Shown here in pieces: positions 1 through 9,209 of a DNA stretch of 64,000 bases. A model generated the notes under the pieces. It saw nothing but the letters and a program-made list of their open reading frames with translations. It was not told the DNA's origin and ran no database searches. Origin of the DNA: Ostreococcus lucimarinus (Eukaryota); assembly GCA_000092065.1 (NCBI GenBank), contig CP000588.1; one strand, given 5' to 3'. Made by a program: the position numbers and the translations under genes. Each line of letters starts with the position of its first letter. Position 1 is the stretch's first letter.

Positions 1-172
1 ATCGCGATCTCGCCGCGGCGCGCGCGTCGCCTCGCCGCGGCGCCCCGCGCGCGATCTCGCGTTCGAAGCCTCGCGAAACTCGGCGGCGGCGACGCCGCGA
101 CGACGCCCCGACGCGCGCGACGCGCGACGCGGAAAACGACTGACGAACGCGCGCGACGACGAACGCACGCAG

Positions 173-1417
173 TCCACCGACACGAAGCTGTATGACCTGC
201 TCGGCGTGAGCAAGGGGGCGTCGGCGGCGGAGATTAAAAAGGCGTACCGCAAGATGGCTGTGAAGCATCACCCGGATAAAGGCGGCGACGAACAAAAGTT
301 CAAAGAGATCTCCGCCGCGTACGAAGTGCTGAGCGACGACGAAAAACGACAGCTGTACGATGAATACGGTGAGGACGCGCTGAAGGACGGAGGCATGGGC
401 GGAGGAGGCGGATCGCCGTTTGATATCTTTGAGGCGATGTTCGGAGGGAATCCGTTCGGGCCGGGGGGCGGCGGCGGACGAGGAGGAGGGAGATCTCGCG
501 TGCGAAAGGGAGAGGACGTCGTGCATGGGTTGAAACTTGGATTGGATGATTTGTACAACGGGGTGACGAAGAAGCTGAGCCTGTCGAAGAATGTGATTTG
601 CCAAAAATGCGATGGGAAAGGGAGCAAGTCGGGGGCGAGCGGCACGTGCAACGGATGCAGAGGCGCGGGCGTCAAGGTTGTCGTTCGACAAATCGCGCCG
701 GGGATGGTGCAGCAAATGCAGACCGTCTGTAACGATTGCCGAGGCACGGGTCAGACGATCAGCGAGAAGGATAAGTGCGAGAAGTGCCACGCTCAAAAGG
801 TTGTTCAAGAAAAGAAGGTGCTCGAGGTGCACATCGAAAAGGGCATGAAGCACAACCAAAGAGTGGTCTTCCAAGGCGAAGCTGACGAAGCGCCGGACAC
901 CGTGCCGGGTGACATCATCTTCGTCGTGCAACAAAAGGAGCACCCGGTGTTCACGCGCAAGGGGGACGATTTATTCATGGAAAAAGAAATCTCCCTCGTA
1001 GAGGCGTTGTGCGGGATGAAGATGACCGTCGATCACCTCGACGGCCGTCAACTCGTCATCTCCACCCACGAGGGCGAAGTCATCAAGCCCGGTCAATTCA
1101 AGGCTGTATTCGACGAAGGTATGCCTAAGCACACCATGCCTTTCCAAAAGGGTCGCTTGTTCATCCACTTCACCGTCAAGTTTCCGGCTCCGGGCGACTT
1201 GTCCGAAGACGATCTCAAGGCGCTCGAAAAGATTTTACCCGCGCGACCGCAGCTTAGCATTGACATGGAGAGTGAAAATGTGGAAGAGGTTAACATGCAC
1301 GAGGTTGATATGGAGCAAGAAAAGCGTCGTCGCGAAGCCGAGAGCAGACAACAAAGCCAATACGAGTCCGACGACGAAGGCGGCGGACAACCCGGCGTTC
1401 AATGCGCCCAGCAGTGA
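173..1417 (+). CDS. DnaJ/Hsp40 type I (Ydj1/DNAJA-like) with C-terminal CaaX box (CAQQ). The first coding exon lies upstream of the window and the intron acceptor is at about 170-172.
   Basis: The J-domain (YDLLGV...HPDKGG), a G/F-rich region, a zinc-finger region with four CxxCxGxG repeats and the C-terminal domains are all present. No ATG or stop lies in frame between 1 and 205. A CTGAC branch point sits 30 nt upstream of a CAG at 170-172, so the gene is 5'-partial and spliced. Confidence 0.85.
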   Translation, partial: STDTKLYDLLGVSKGASAAEIKKAYRKMAVKHHPDKGGDEQKFKEISAAYEVLSDDEKRQLYDEYGEDALKDGGMGGGGGSPFDIFEAMFGGNPFGPGGGGGRGGGRSRVRKGEDVVHGLKLGLDDLYNGVTKKLSLSKNVICQKCDGKGSKSGASGTCNGCRGAGVKVVVRQIAPGMVQQMQTVCNDCRGTGQTISEKDKCEKCHAQKVVQEKKVLEVHIEKGMKHNQRVVFQGEADEAPDTVPGDIIFVVQQKEHPVFTRKGDDLFMEKEISLVEALCGMKMTVDHLDGRQLVISTHEGEVIKPGQFKAVFDEGMPKHTMPFQKGRLFIHFTVKFPAPGDLSEDDLKALEKILPARPQLSIDMESENVEEVNMHEVDMEQEKRRREAESRQQSQYESDDEGGGQPGVQCAQQ

Positions 1418-1549
1418 GTTCACCATTCTTTTCTCTTCGTCGAGGGGTGAATGTCCCTCGAGTTGTAGTCGAGCGTTGAGTGCGAGTACTGGTGCTATGG
1501 CGTTAGAGTGTTCGTTCTATTTTACAATACGAAATCCCGTACCTATGAT

Positions 1550-2932
1550 CTAATCGCGGAAAAAGCTCGCCGCGAGCCCGCCGCCGGCACTCTTCTTCTT
1601 TTTCGTCTTCTTCGCCGGCGACTCGTCGACGCTCTGGTCGCGCTTTTTGTTTTTGTACACCCACGAATTCGCATCCTTCGGCAAACGACGCGAGCACGAC
1701 CACGACGTCGCGTCCGGGTCCCACTTCTCCACGCGTTCGGCTTCCTTCTTCGGCGGCGCGAACGCTTCGCGAATCGCCGCCACGCCCTCGGGCGTGACGG
1801 GCCACTTTTTCTCTCCGGCTTTGTTTTGAAGAAAAAGTACAGACGTCGGCGCCGCGCTCGGCGTGAGTTGATCGATGCGCGAGTGCTGCCCGCCACTCAC
1901 AAAGGCGTGTTCCTTCGCCTCGAGCGTTGTGTTCGAGACGCAGTACACGCTCTTCGCCAGTCGCATCCAGCCGCGGCTGTCGTGCCAAAGTGGAACGACT
2001 ACGAAAAAGGATAGCGGTTTTTTCGCGCGAGACAAAAGCCTCTCGACGTGACCCGCCAAACGCAAGATGATTTCCTCGTCGAACGGGGGATTACACTCGA
2101 AGCTCCCTTCGCTCGGCTCGAAGTCGAACGCGTTTCCGAGCGATCCGAACGCGCGATCCGTCATCGCGCTCGCGCTGCAAAACTCTTTAAAGTGCGCGTT
2201 GAGCGGCGACGCGAAGAGCTCGCATCGCACGTCGAATCTTTTTTCGAGCGTCTCGAACACGCGCGGCGGAATCGCCGCCTGCATGTTCCCCGCCTTATAA
2301 TGCGTCCCCTGCAGCGTCGCGTACCTCGCCACGACGCAAAAAACCGCGCGATGAAACCCATCCTCGTCGCGCCGCGCGTCGCCGCGCCATCGCGTCTTCA
2401 GCGTCTCGTAGTGTCTCAAATTCAATTCCAGCGTCACCTTCCCGCACGTCAGCGCCACCTTCTCCGCCCGTTTCCCGTTTCCACCCACCTCGATCCTTCG
2501 CGCGCGCACGCGATTCTTCCTCCCATCGCTCGCCCTCGCGCTCGCGTTCGCCCTCGCCTTCGCCGCCGCCCGCGCCAACCGCCGCGTCGTCGTCGCCATC
2601 TCCCCCGTCGTCCGTCCCGCCTTCGCCAGCGACCGCGCCAGCCCGCCGTCGCGCGCGTCGCGTCTCTTCGCGCTCGGGATCGCGTCGCCGTCTCGCGTCG
2701 CGTCGCGTCGCGCGCACAACCACCGTTCAAAGTGCGCGTACCACCGCCGTCCCAGCGCGTCCTCGGTCTCCTCGCGAAACGTCCCCGCGAGCGCGCGCAT
2801 CGCGGCGCGCTCGCGCGCGAGCGCGGCGGGCGACGCCGCGACCGCCTCGTCGACGTCGGCGTCGACGGCGCGGTCGCGCGCGAGACCCTGGTCGGCGCGC
2901 ATGCGCGCGAGCACGGCGTCCACGGCATCCAT
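1550..2932 (-). CDS. PCIF1/CAPAM-like cap-specific adenosine N6-methyltransferase.
   Basis: It has the NPPF catalytic motif. The flanking blocks (FECNPPFDEEI, LSFFVVVPLWHD, EHAFVSGGQH, FLQNKAGEKKWPVT) align with the human PCIF1 catalytic and helical domains. Confidence 0.7.
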   Translation of the reverse strand: MDAVDAVLARMRADQGLARDRAVDADVDEAVAASPAALARERAAMRALAGTFREETEDALGRRWYAHFERWLCARRDATRDGDAIPSAKRRDARDGGLARSLAKAGRTTGEMATTTRRLARAAAKARANASARASDGRKNRVRARRIEVGGNGKRAEKVALTCGKVTLELNLRHYETLKTRWRGDARRDEDGFHRAVFCVVARYATLQGTHYKAGNMQAAIPPRVFETLEKRFDVRCELFASPLNAHFKEFCSASAMTDRAFGSLGNAFDFEPSEGSFECNPPFDEEIILRLAGHVERLLSRAKKPLSFFVVVPLWHDSRGWMRLAKSVYCVSNTTLEAKEHAFVSGGQHSRIDQLTPSAAPTSVLFLQNKAGEKKWPVTPEGVAAIREAFAPPKKEAERVEKWDPDATSWSCSRRLPKDANSWVYKNKKRDQSVDESPAKKTKKKKSAGGGLAASFFRD

Positions 2933-3040
2933 CGCGGCGCGCTCTGACGCGACGTCGACGGGGCGCGCGCGCGCGCGGCGCTGGACGCTAGGAAATACAC
3001 AGAATTAATTACAGCGATCGCGACGCGCGCGCGCGGCGCG

Positions 3041-3403
3041 TCAGCGCGGTCGAGTCGTCGCCGACCATCGCTCCCACGCGCGCGTCCCGACGACGCGCGC
3101 GCCGCCAAAGTAAAACGTCGCCGCCCACGCGGCGACGACGGCGAACGCGGCGACGGCGAGCGCGCGAGACTCGCGCGCGCGCTTGGCCACGCGCGCGTCG
3201 CGGCCGGGACCGCGGGCGTCGCGCGCGTGGGGGGCGAAGGTCCACGCGTTCAACACCCAGAGCCAAGGCAACGCGAGGAAACCGAGGTAGAAGAGCCCGT
3301 CGGCGAGCGCGCGCGCGGCGGCGCGACGGAGGACGCGCTCGCCGTCGCAGGTGTCGACGAAGTCGTCGTCGGGAGGGGCGGGCGCGGGCGCGGGGGCGGA
3401 CAT
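3041..3403 (-). CDS. Hypothetical small protein of 120 aa with two predicted TM helices.
   Basis: It starts at an ATG and fits the 5'-to-3' spacing between PCIF1-like and MetAP on the same strand. It has two hydrophobic helices (LFYLGFLALPWLWVL and LAVAAFAVVAAWAATFYF). No family is recognised, and it could be a GC-driven artefact. Confidence 0.3.
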   Translation of the reverse strand: MSAPAPAPAPPDDDFVDTCDGERVLRRAAARALADGLFYLGFLALPWLWVLNAWTFAPHARDARGPGRDARVAKRARESRALAVAAFAVVAAWAATFYFGGARVVGTRAWERWSATTRPR

Positions 3404-3551
3404 GGAGTCGGACGCGCGAGGCGACGACTGCGGAGGACGCGAGAGACGACGACGAAGACGGCGAGCGCGAGGATTCGAACGAAGGCGCGAAAGCGCGGGA
3501 TTATGAATGAAGAAAATTAATGCGACGACGCGACGAGGGTCCGGCGCGCGG

Positions 3552-4643
3552 TCACGCCTCGGACAGAGACGCGCGATACGGCGACGCGGTTAAGACGTCG
3601 ACGCCCGTCTCGGTGACGAGCAGCGTGTGCTCGCACTGCGCCGTCCACTTCCCGTCCGCGGTGACGCTCGTCCATCCGTCCTTCCACATCTTGTCTCGAG
3701 TCGTCCCGATCGTCAGCATGGGCTCGATGGTGAACGTCTGACCGACCCGCAGCGTCCCCGGGTCGTTGTTGCGATGATGCCGCACCGTCGGTCCGCTGTG
3801 AAACACCTTCCCCACGCCGTGCCCGACGAACTTATCCACCACCCCGAACTTGGCGTCGTCCGCGATCTGATGAATCGTCGCCCCGATCTTCCTCACCGGC
3901 GTCCCGGGCTTACAAATCGCGATCGCCGCGTCCAGCGCTCGCTCCGTCGTCTCCACCAGCCGCCGCACCTCCTCCGTCACGTTCCCCACCATGATCGTCC
4001 TCGACGTGTCGCCGTGATACCCGTTCAGGTACACCGTGACGTCAATATTTATGATATCTCCGTCCAGGATCACCGTGTCGTCCGGGATTCCGTGACAGAT
4101 GCACTCGTTCAGGCTCGTGCACACGCTCTTCGGAAACCCGCCGTAGTTCAACGGGCTCGGATACGCCCCCGCCGCGATCGTCATCGCGTGCACCGCCTCG
4201 TCGATGTCGTTCGTCGTCGTCGTCCCGGGCGTGATCATCTTTTCCGCCATGTCCAGCACCTCCGCCGCGAGTCTTCCCGCGCGTCGCATCCCCTCGACGT
4301 CCGCCGCCGTCGTCTGCACCTGCACGACGCCGTCGTCGTACTCGGGCAGGTGTCCGTCCCTCGCGTACGGCGGCTGCGGCTCGATCGACGCCGGCACCGT
4401 CTTCTGCGGCGCGTACGTCCCCGGTCGAAGCGGCGCGCGCCCGTTGTACCACGTCGCCTCGTCGCGCGCGCGGTCCCTCGCGACGTTGAGCAGGTCGCCG
4501 AGCAGGCCCTTCTTCTTCGCGCGCGTCTCCGTCGCGCGCGCGCCGAAGCGCGGGCGCCGGAGACGGTCGAGCGACGCGCGAGGACGACGCGCGACGGCGC
4601 GCGCGAACGCGAGGGCGTCGGCGCGACGCGCGGCGACGCGCAT
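3552..4643 (-). CDS. Methionine aminopeptidase type 1 (organellar MAP1D-like) with an N-terminal transit peptide.
   Basis: It has a full MetAP1 pita-bread fold with the metal ligands (D..D..H..E..E context: GHGVG, HSGP, EPM). The internal ATG at 4643 gives 364 aa. The 205 codons upstream in the track ORF are low-complexity and Ser/Ala-rich. Confidence 0.85.
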   Translation of the reverse strand: MRVAARRADALAFARAVARRPRASLDRLRRPRFGARATETRAKKKGLLGDLLNVARDRARDEATWYNGRAPLRPGTYAPQKTVPASIEPQPPYARDGHLPEYDDGVVQVQTTAADVEGMRRAGRLAAEVLDMAEKMITPGTTTTNDIDEAVHAMTIAAGAYPSPLNYGGFPKSVCTSLNECICHGIPDDTVILDGDIINIDVTVYLNGYHGDTSRTIMVGNVTEEVRRLVETTERALDAAIAICKPGTPVRKIGATIHQIADDAKFGVVDKFVGHGVGKVFHSGPTVRHHRNNDPGTLRVGQTFTIEPMLTIGTTRDKMWKDGWTSVTADGKWTAQCEHTLLVTETGVDVLTASPYRASLSEA

Positions 4644-4791
4644 GACGAATGAAACGATGCGTCGAAGCGCGCGTCGAAGAGTGCGGCAGAAAACGTCGCG
4701 CGGCGGCGCGACGGCGACGCGCGCGCGCGAGGGCGGCGCGCGAGCGAAGGGGGACGTCGCGCGGCGCCCGTCGGACGCGCGCGCGGGCGAA

Positions 4792-6831
4792 ATGGCGCGC
4801 GACGACGACGATTCGGACGATGATTTCGAATTCGATGGCGCGGCGGAAGACGGCGACGGCGACGGCGACGGCGCGCGCGCGTGGGACCCGGACGCGCAGC
4901 GCGACGCGGTGGTGATGCTGATCGATTGCTCGCCGGCGATGTTCGAGGCGGACGCGACGCGCGCGGACGGGGCGTGCGCGTTCACGGCGGCGACGCGGGC
5001 GTGCTTTGAATTCGCGCGCGCGCGCGTCGTCGTGGCGCCGGACGACGTGCTGGGCGTGTGCGCGTACAACACCGGGAAGAGCGTGGGTGGGATAGGGATG
5101 GAACGCGTGTGCGAGGTGCGAAGGGCGGAGAACCCGAGCGCGGCGGGAGCGCTGGAATTGAGCGAATACGCGAACGGGGAGAAGGGCGCCGACAAATTTC
5201 GCGAGCGATTCGGCGAGTTGAAACCCGAGGACGACGATGGGACGGGCGATTTTTTCAATCAAGAGGACGCGCTGACGAAGGGGTTATGGACGGCGTCGCA
5301 CATGCTCGAGAACGGACCGAAGCGAGCGGGGCGGAAGAGCGTGTATTTGTTCACGAACGAGGCGGCGCCGTTGAAATCTGGGAGCTCGGGCGCCAAGTTG
5401 ATTCAACGCGCCAAGGAGATGGCGCAGATGGGGCAACGCATCGAAGTTTTGACGCTCACGCGTGACGGAGTGTTTGATTCATCGATATTTTACGACGCCT
5501 TCACCGCCGAGCACTGCGGGGCGATGGAGGGGGAGAAGGCGCTCGTCGTCGTGCGAGACGGCACCGAGTTGCAGCGCGAGTTTTTGAAGCGGGCGCGAAA
5601 ACGCAGGCGATTGAAACAAACCAAGCTGTGGTTGGTGCCGGGGAAAATAGGTATTCCCATCGACGTCTACGCGCTGGTGAGCGAGGCGAAGAAATCGGCC
5701 AGCATTCTCGTCGACGGGAAGGATTTAGGAGAAATTCGTCGTGAAGTGACGTACAGCGACGCCGTGGGCGCGCCGATCGAAAAACCGACCAAAAGTTTCT
5801 TGGAGATGGATGGCAAGCAGTTGATTTTTTCGAACAAAGAGCTCGGTAAGGTGAAAACGGTGAAAATACCGGGCGTAGAAAACGCAAAGGACACCGTGGG
5901 ATTTCACCTCGTCGGCTTCGTGGACGCCAAGACGATTACGAGAGATTTGTGCCTGAAAAAGTCACACTTCGTCGCCGGTGAAGAGAAAGGGTGCGCCGCG
6001 TTCCAAGGACTGTTGCGCGCGTGCGTGGAGGAGAACAAAGTCGCGATATGCGCGCTTTCGCGCTCGACGCGCTCGGCGCTTCGCTACGTCGCCCTTCTGC
6101 CGCAACTGGCGCCGAGCGCGGATGAAATCGCCGCCGCCGACGACGCCGTCTCTCGCTTGGAACCGCCCGAGGGTTTTCACGTCTTTTACCTACCTTTTCG
6201 AGACGACACGCGGCACCCAGAGCGCGCGGTTGCGTCTGAAAAAGCACCGCTCCCGCGCGCGAATGAAGCGCAAATAACCGCCGCGCGAAGCGTCATCGAC
6301 GCCATTCGTCTCACGCAATGGCATCCCAAGCAAACGCCCAATCCGGCGCTCCAGACGCACTATCGCGTGTTGGAAATGTGCGCGTTAGAGCGCAACGTCA
6401 TGGAACCCGTGCACGACGACACTGAACCCGCGCTGGATGAATGGCAACGCGCCGGCATCCCCGCCCTTCTCGCCGGTTTCGACGCCGAGTGCTTCGGCGC
6501 GTCTCGCGCCATCGACGACTTGCACGGCCGCGCCGCGCCCGCCGTCGACGTCACGGGCGCCACGATCGGCGCGAAGCGCAAAGCCATCGAAGCTCCGAAA
6601 CCTCGTTCGCCGCCCGCGCGGGCGCACAGACCCGAACCCATCATGACCATCGCGCCGCACCACGCGTTCGTCATCGAGCGCGTGAAAGCCGACGCCCTGA
6701 CGTCTCTCACCACCGACGCCCTGAAACGATTCTTAGCCGCGCACAACCTTTCGTGCGCCGGTTCCAAGGCGCAGCTCTGCGATCGAGTCGAATGTCACGT
6801 TCGCATGTGCGCCGGAGACGCACTAGACTAG
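4792..6831 (+). CDS. Ku70 (XRCC6) DNA end-binding protein.
   Basis: It has an N-terminal vWA domain, a Ku core beta-barrel and a C-terminal SAP domain (LTSLTTDALKRFLAAHNLSCAGSKAQLCDRV). The ATG at 4792 lies 148 bp from the divergent MetAP start. Confidence 0.85.
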   Translation: MARDDDDSDDDFEFDGAAEDGDGDGDGARAWDPDAQRDAVVMLIDCSPAMFEADATRADGACAFTAATRACFEFARARVVVAPDDVLGVCAYNTGKSVGGIGMERVCEVRRAENPSAAGALELSEYANGEKGADKFRERFGELKPEDDDGTGDFFNQEDALTKGLWTASHMLENGPKRAGRKSVYLFTNEAAPLKSGSSGAKLIQRAKEMAQMGQRIEVLTLTRDGVFDSSIFYDAFTAEHCGAMEGEKALVVVRDGTELQREFLKRARKRRRLKQTKLWLVPGKIGIPIDVYALVSEAKKSASILVDGKDLGEIRREVTYSDAVGAPIEKPTKSFLEMDGKQLIFSNKELGKVKTVKIPGVENAKDTVGFHLVGFVDAKTITRDLCLKKSHFVAGEEKGCAAFQGLLRACVEENKVAICALSRSTRSALRYVALLPQLAPSADEIAAADDAVSRLEPPEGFHVFYLPFRDDTRHPERAVASEKAPLPRANEAQITAARSVIDAIRLTQWHPKQTPNPALQTHYRVLEMCALERNVMEPVHDDTEPALDEWQRAGIPALLAGFDAECFGASRAIDDLHGRAAPAVDVTGATIGAKRKAIEAPKPRSPPARAHRPEPIMTIAPHHAFVIERVKADALTSLTTDALKRFLAAHNLSCAGSKAQLCDRVECHVRMCAGDALD

Positions 6832-6844
6832 CTCCGGAACCGAC

Positions 6845-6849
6845 TGTAA
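6845..6849 (+). promoter_or_regulatory. TGTAA poly(A) signal 14 nt after the Ku70 stop.
   Basis: TGTAA is the chlorophyte polyadenylation signal. Similar sites follow the nicastrin, helicase, POLE2 and coiled-coil genes. Confidence 0.5.
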
Positions 6850-6881
6850 ACCGACGCGCGCGCCGCACAACGCGAAGCACC

Positions 6882-7862
6882 ATGTCCACGCCCGCGGCGC
6901 CCGAGCCGCCCGCTCCCGAGGCCCCGCCCGAGCCACCGAGCCTTTTGATTCCCGGCCACATTCCGTTTCCGCCCGCGCGCGAGGGCGAGATGGCGGAACC
7001 GACGGTGCAAATCGCGCAGCCGCCGCCGCTGTACCCACCGCTCCCGCGCGGTCTCAAGCCCTTCACCGACGCCACGCCCGAGGAACTGCGCCTCGTGCGC
7101 CTGTCGCGCGCGATTCGAGGGTTCTTCCGCGCGTCGGCGTATCATCACGGCGATCGGGACGACGAGCTCGAGCGCCGCGCGCGCGAGGGCGACGTCTCGC
7201 GATGGCGGGACGAGGAGGCGAGCGGGACGAGCTCGGACGAGGACGATGAAAGGGGCGATAAGGACGACGAGGACGCGATCGATGAACGATGGATACGAAG
7301 CATGCGACGAGCGTTCACGCTGGAGGATTTAAAGGTGACGGATGAGCGGATCGTGCCCAGGGAGATATTAGAGGCGGCGTTCGGCGCGAGGGCGAACGCG
7401 CCGAACGGAAAGGGTAAGAAACGCGCCGCGAACGACGCGAGCGCGAGCGGTGGAGACAAGAAGCGCGGTAAGGCGAACGAAGACGGCGAACGCGACGATC
7501 AAGGGGCGACGGCGTCGACGAAACAGAGAAAGGGTGATATTTCGCGTCTCGAGCGTCTGGCGCGTTTAGAAGAGTCGAGCGCGGCCAAGGAGCTCGACGG
7601 CGACGCCGTCGAGGGCAAGTCGCGCGGTCGTCTCCAATCGCGCGCGAGCGATCGTCAGCGTCGCGCGCGATCGCCGTCCAAAAATGCGCGCGCCGGGGAC
7701 GAGGACGACGACGAAGCCGACGAAGACGCCGTCGACCGCGCCGCGGACGACGACGACGAGCTCGACAGCGACGACGACTACGCCCGCGCCGCCGGTTTCG
7801 ACGACGACGACGGCTACGACGACGACATCGCCGACCACGCCGACACCGAGGCCTTCTATTAG
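6882..7862 (+). CDS. Hypothetical protein with a Pro-rich N-terminus and a D/E-rich C-terminus.
   Basis: The ORF runs from the ATG at 6882. The central segment is non-repetitive (TLEDLKVTDERIVPREILEAAFG). No family is recognised. Confidence 0.45.
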   Translation: MSTPAAPEPPAPEAPPEPPSLLIPGHIPFPPAREGEMAEPTVQIAQPPPLYPPLPRGLKPFTDATPEELRLVRLSRAIRGFFRASAYHHGDRDDELERRAREGDVSRWRDEEASGTSSDEDDERGDKDDEDAIDERWIRSMRRAFTLEDLKVTDERIVPREILEAAFGARANAPNGKGKKRAANDASASGGDKKRGKANEDGERDDQGATASTKQRKGDISRLERLARLEESSAAKELDGDAVEGKSRGRLQSRASDRQRRARSPSKNARAGDEDDDEADEDAVDRAADDDDELDSDDDYARAAGFDDDDGYDDDIADHADTEAFY

Positions 7863-7923
7863 CTCGCTCGTCTCTTTCATGCGTCATTCAAAACCTAAGC
7901 TTCGTCTTCTACGTCGCGTCTCG

Positions 7924-8220
7924 CTACGACCCTCCCATGTTTTGCAGCCTCCCGAGCACGACTTGCCCGCTCTCCAGGTACCGCAGCGCGCAGTTCGTCA
8001 GGCAGCTCGACTCGCTCGACGAAAACTTCGCGCCCGGCGCGTACGTCACGCACTTCTCGAAGCACGTCTCCGTGAGCTTCGCGACGACCTCGTTGAACAC
8101 CGCCTTGCGCTTTTCCTCCTGCGGCGCGATGAAACGTCAGTCGTGCGACGCGCGACGGCGAACGCGGCGAATCGAGCGCACCTCGAGGAACTGTTGCATG
8201 TGCGCGTCGTTGGCCTGCAT
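7924..8220 (-). CDS. Small TIM (Tim9/Tim10 family) mitochondrial intermembrane-space chaperone, 77 aa. It has two exons, 8182..8220 and 7924..8118, and a 63-nt intron at 8119..8181.
   Basis: The spliced product is MQANDAHMQQFLE|EEKRKAVFNEVVAKLTETCFEKCVTYAPGAKFSSSESSCLTNCALRYLESGQVVLGRLQNMGGS. It carries the twin CX3C motif with 15-residue spacing. The intron has a GTGCGC donor, a CTGAC branch and a CAG acceptor, and it contains the in-frame TGA. The ORF track misses this gene. Confidence 0.65.
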
Positions 8221-8380
8221 CGCGACGCGGCCTCGACGGATCGAGGATCGCGCGCGCGGGTGTGACGACGAGACGCGAATTCGAGCCGAGTCGCGAGCGC
8301 GAGCGCGGCGAGACGACGCGAAGGACGCGACGCGCGCGCGGCGATCGGTCGACGGCGACGCGCCGCGCCGTCAACTCGCA

Positions 8381-8460
8381 TTTCAATTCCAACTCGCATT
8401 TCAATTTACGTTTCAATTCGCGTTTCAATTCGCGTTTCAATTCGCGCGTTCGACGGACGC
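8381..8460. repeat. Compound AT-rich minisatellite made of an 18-bp unit repeated twice and a 12-bp unit (gtttcaattcgc) repeated three times.
   Basis: Tandem units are visible by eye. The repeat lies in the convergent 3' region of the methyltransferase gene and upstream of the Tim9 promoter. It generates spurious repeat-peptide ORFs such as RELKRELK and NSRFNSRF. Confidence 0.7.
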
Positions 8461-9126
8461 TCGCGCGCGCGCGCGCCTCGGCACGACGAAGACGCCGAAG
8501 TCGGCGGCGCGATCGCGCCGAACCTCCCACGGCGTCGAATCGTCGGGCTCGGCGAACGCACCGTCGCGCTCGAAGTCCACGCACGCGTCCAGGGCGTCGA
8601 CGCACGTGACGATGCGAAAATCTCCAATCTCCCAGGCGCGCCGCAGCGTCGGCGACAGTCGACGCAGGCCCGCGCCCGTGAGCCACGCGAACGCGCACGT
8701 CGGCGCGGGTGAATCGAGCACGCCGCGCGCCAGCGCCTCGGCGGTCAACGCGGTGAGATCACCTTTGTGCACGGTGATCAAGTCCTCGAGATTCTCGCGC
8801 GCGACGCGTTCGCGCGCGTCTCGCACGAGCGCGTCGTCGAGCTCGAGGCCCACGCAGCGGCAGCCCCTCGCCTTGGCGGCGTCCACGAGCACGCGCCCAT
8901 CGCCGCATCCGAGGTCGTACAGGACGTCGGAGGACGACAGCGCGCACGCGTCGAAGGCGACGGCGCGTCGGCGCGGCTCCGTGGGCGCCCACGGGGCGAG
9001 GGACGTCGCCGCCGCCTCGGCGCACTTTTCGTCGTTTCGAGCGGCGAGCGCGGCGCGCAGCAGCGCGTTCTGCGCGCGCGCGACGTCGGCGGGATCGAAA
9101 TCGTACGCGTCTTCGTCGTCGCGCAT
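8437..9126 (-). CDS. Class I SAM-dependent methyltransferase.
   Basis: Motif I (VLYDLGCGDGRVL) and motif II (CVGLELDDALV) are present on a Rossmann-fold MTase core. The substrate is unknown. Confidence 0.7.
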   Translation of the reverse strand: MRDDEDAYDFDPADVARAQNALLRAALAARNDEKCAEAAATSLAPWAPTEPRRRAVAFDACALSSSDVLYDLGCGDGRVLVDAAKARGCRCVGLELDDALVRDARERVARENLEDLITVHKGDLTALTAEALARGVLDSPAPTCAFAWLTGAGLRRLSPTLRRAWEIGDFRIVTCVDALDACVDFERDGAFAEPDDSTPWEVRRDRAADFGVFVVPRRARARASVERAN

Positions 9127-9209
9127 CGCGCGAGCGCGCGGTCGAGCGCGAGCTCGATCGACCGCGCGCTGTGCGGTCGGGGACGCGCTTCGAGTCGAAT
9201 CGCGTCGCG

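Noticed and set aside
4042-5262. Long antisense or alternative-frame ORFs of 100-570 aa that overlap real genes. Examples are 4042..5262-, 1503..1988-, 2048..2947+, 2449..3108-, 19640..20188-, 35908..37014-, 45298..46470- and 51004..52857-.
   Set aside because: They are Arg/Ala/Gly-rich, low-complexity translations produced by 65-70% GC content. They carry no domain signatures and each lies opposite a well-supported gene.
8100-8140. The in-frame TGA before the Tim9 CX3C domain, first considered as a Sec codon.
   Set aside because: It is explained by a 63-nt intron with canonical donor, branch and acceptor signals. Tim9 is not a selenoprotein.
8262-8627. ORFs that encode NSHFNS/NSRFNS and RIETRIET repeats.
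   Set aside because: They are direct translations of the 12- and 18-bp minisatellite on both strands.
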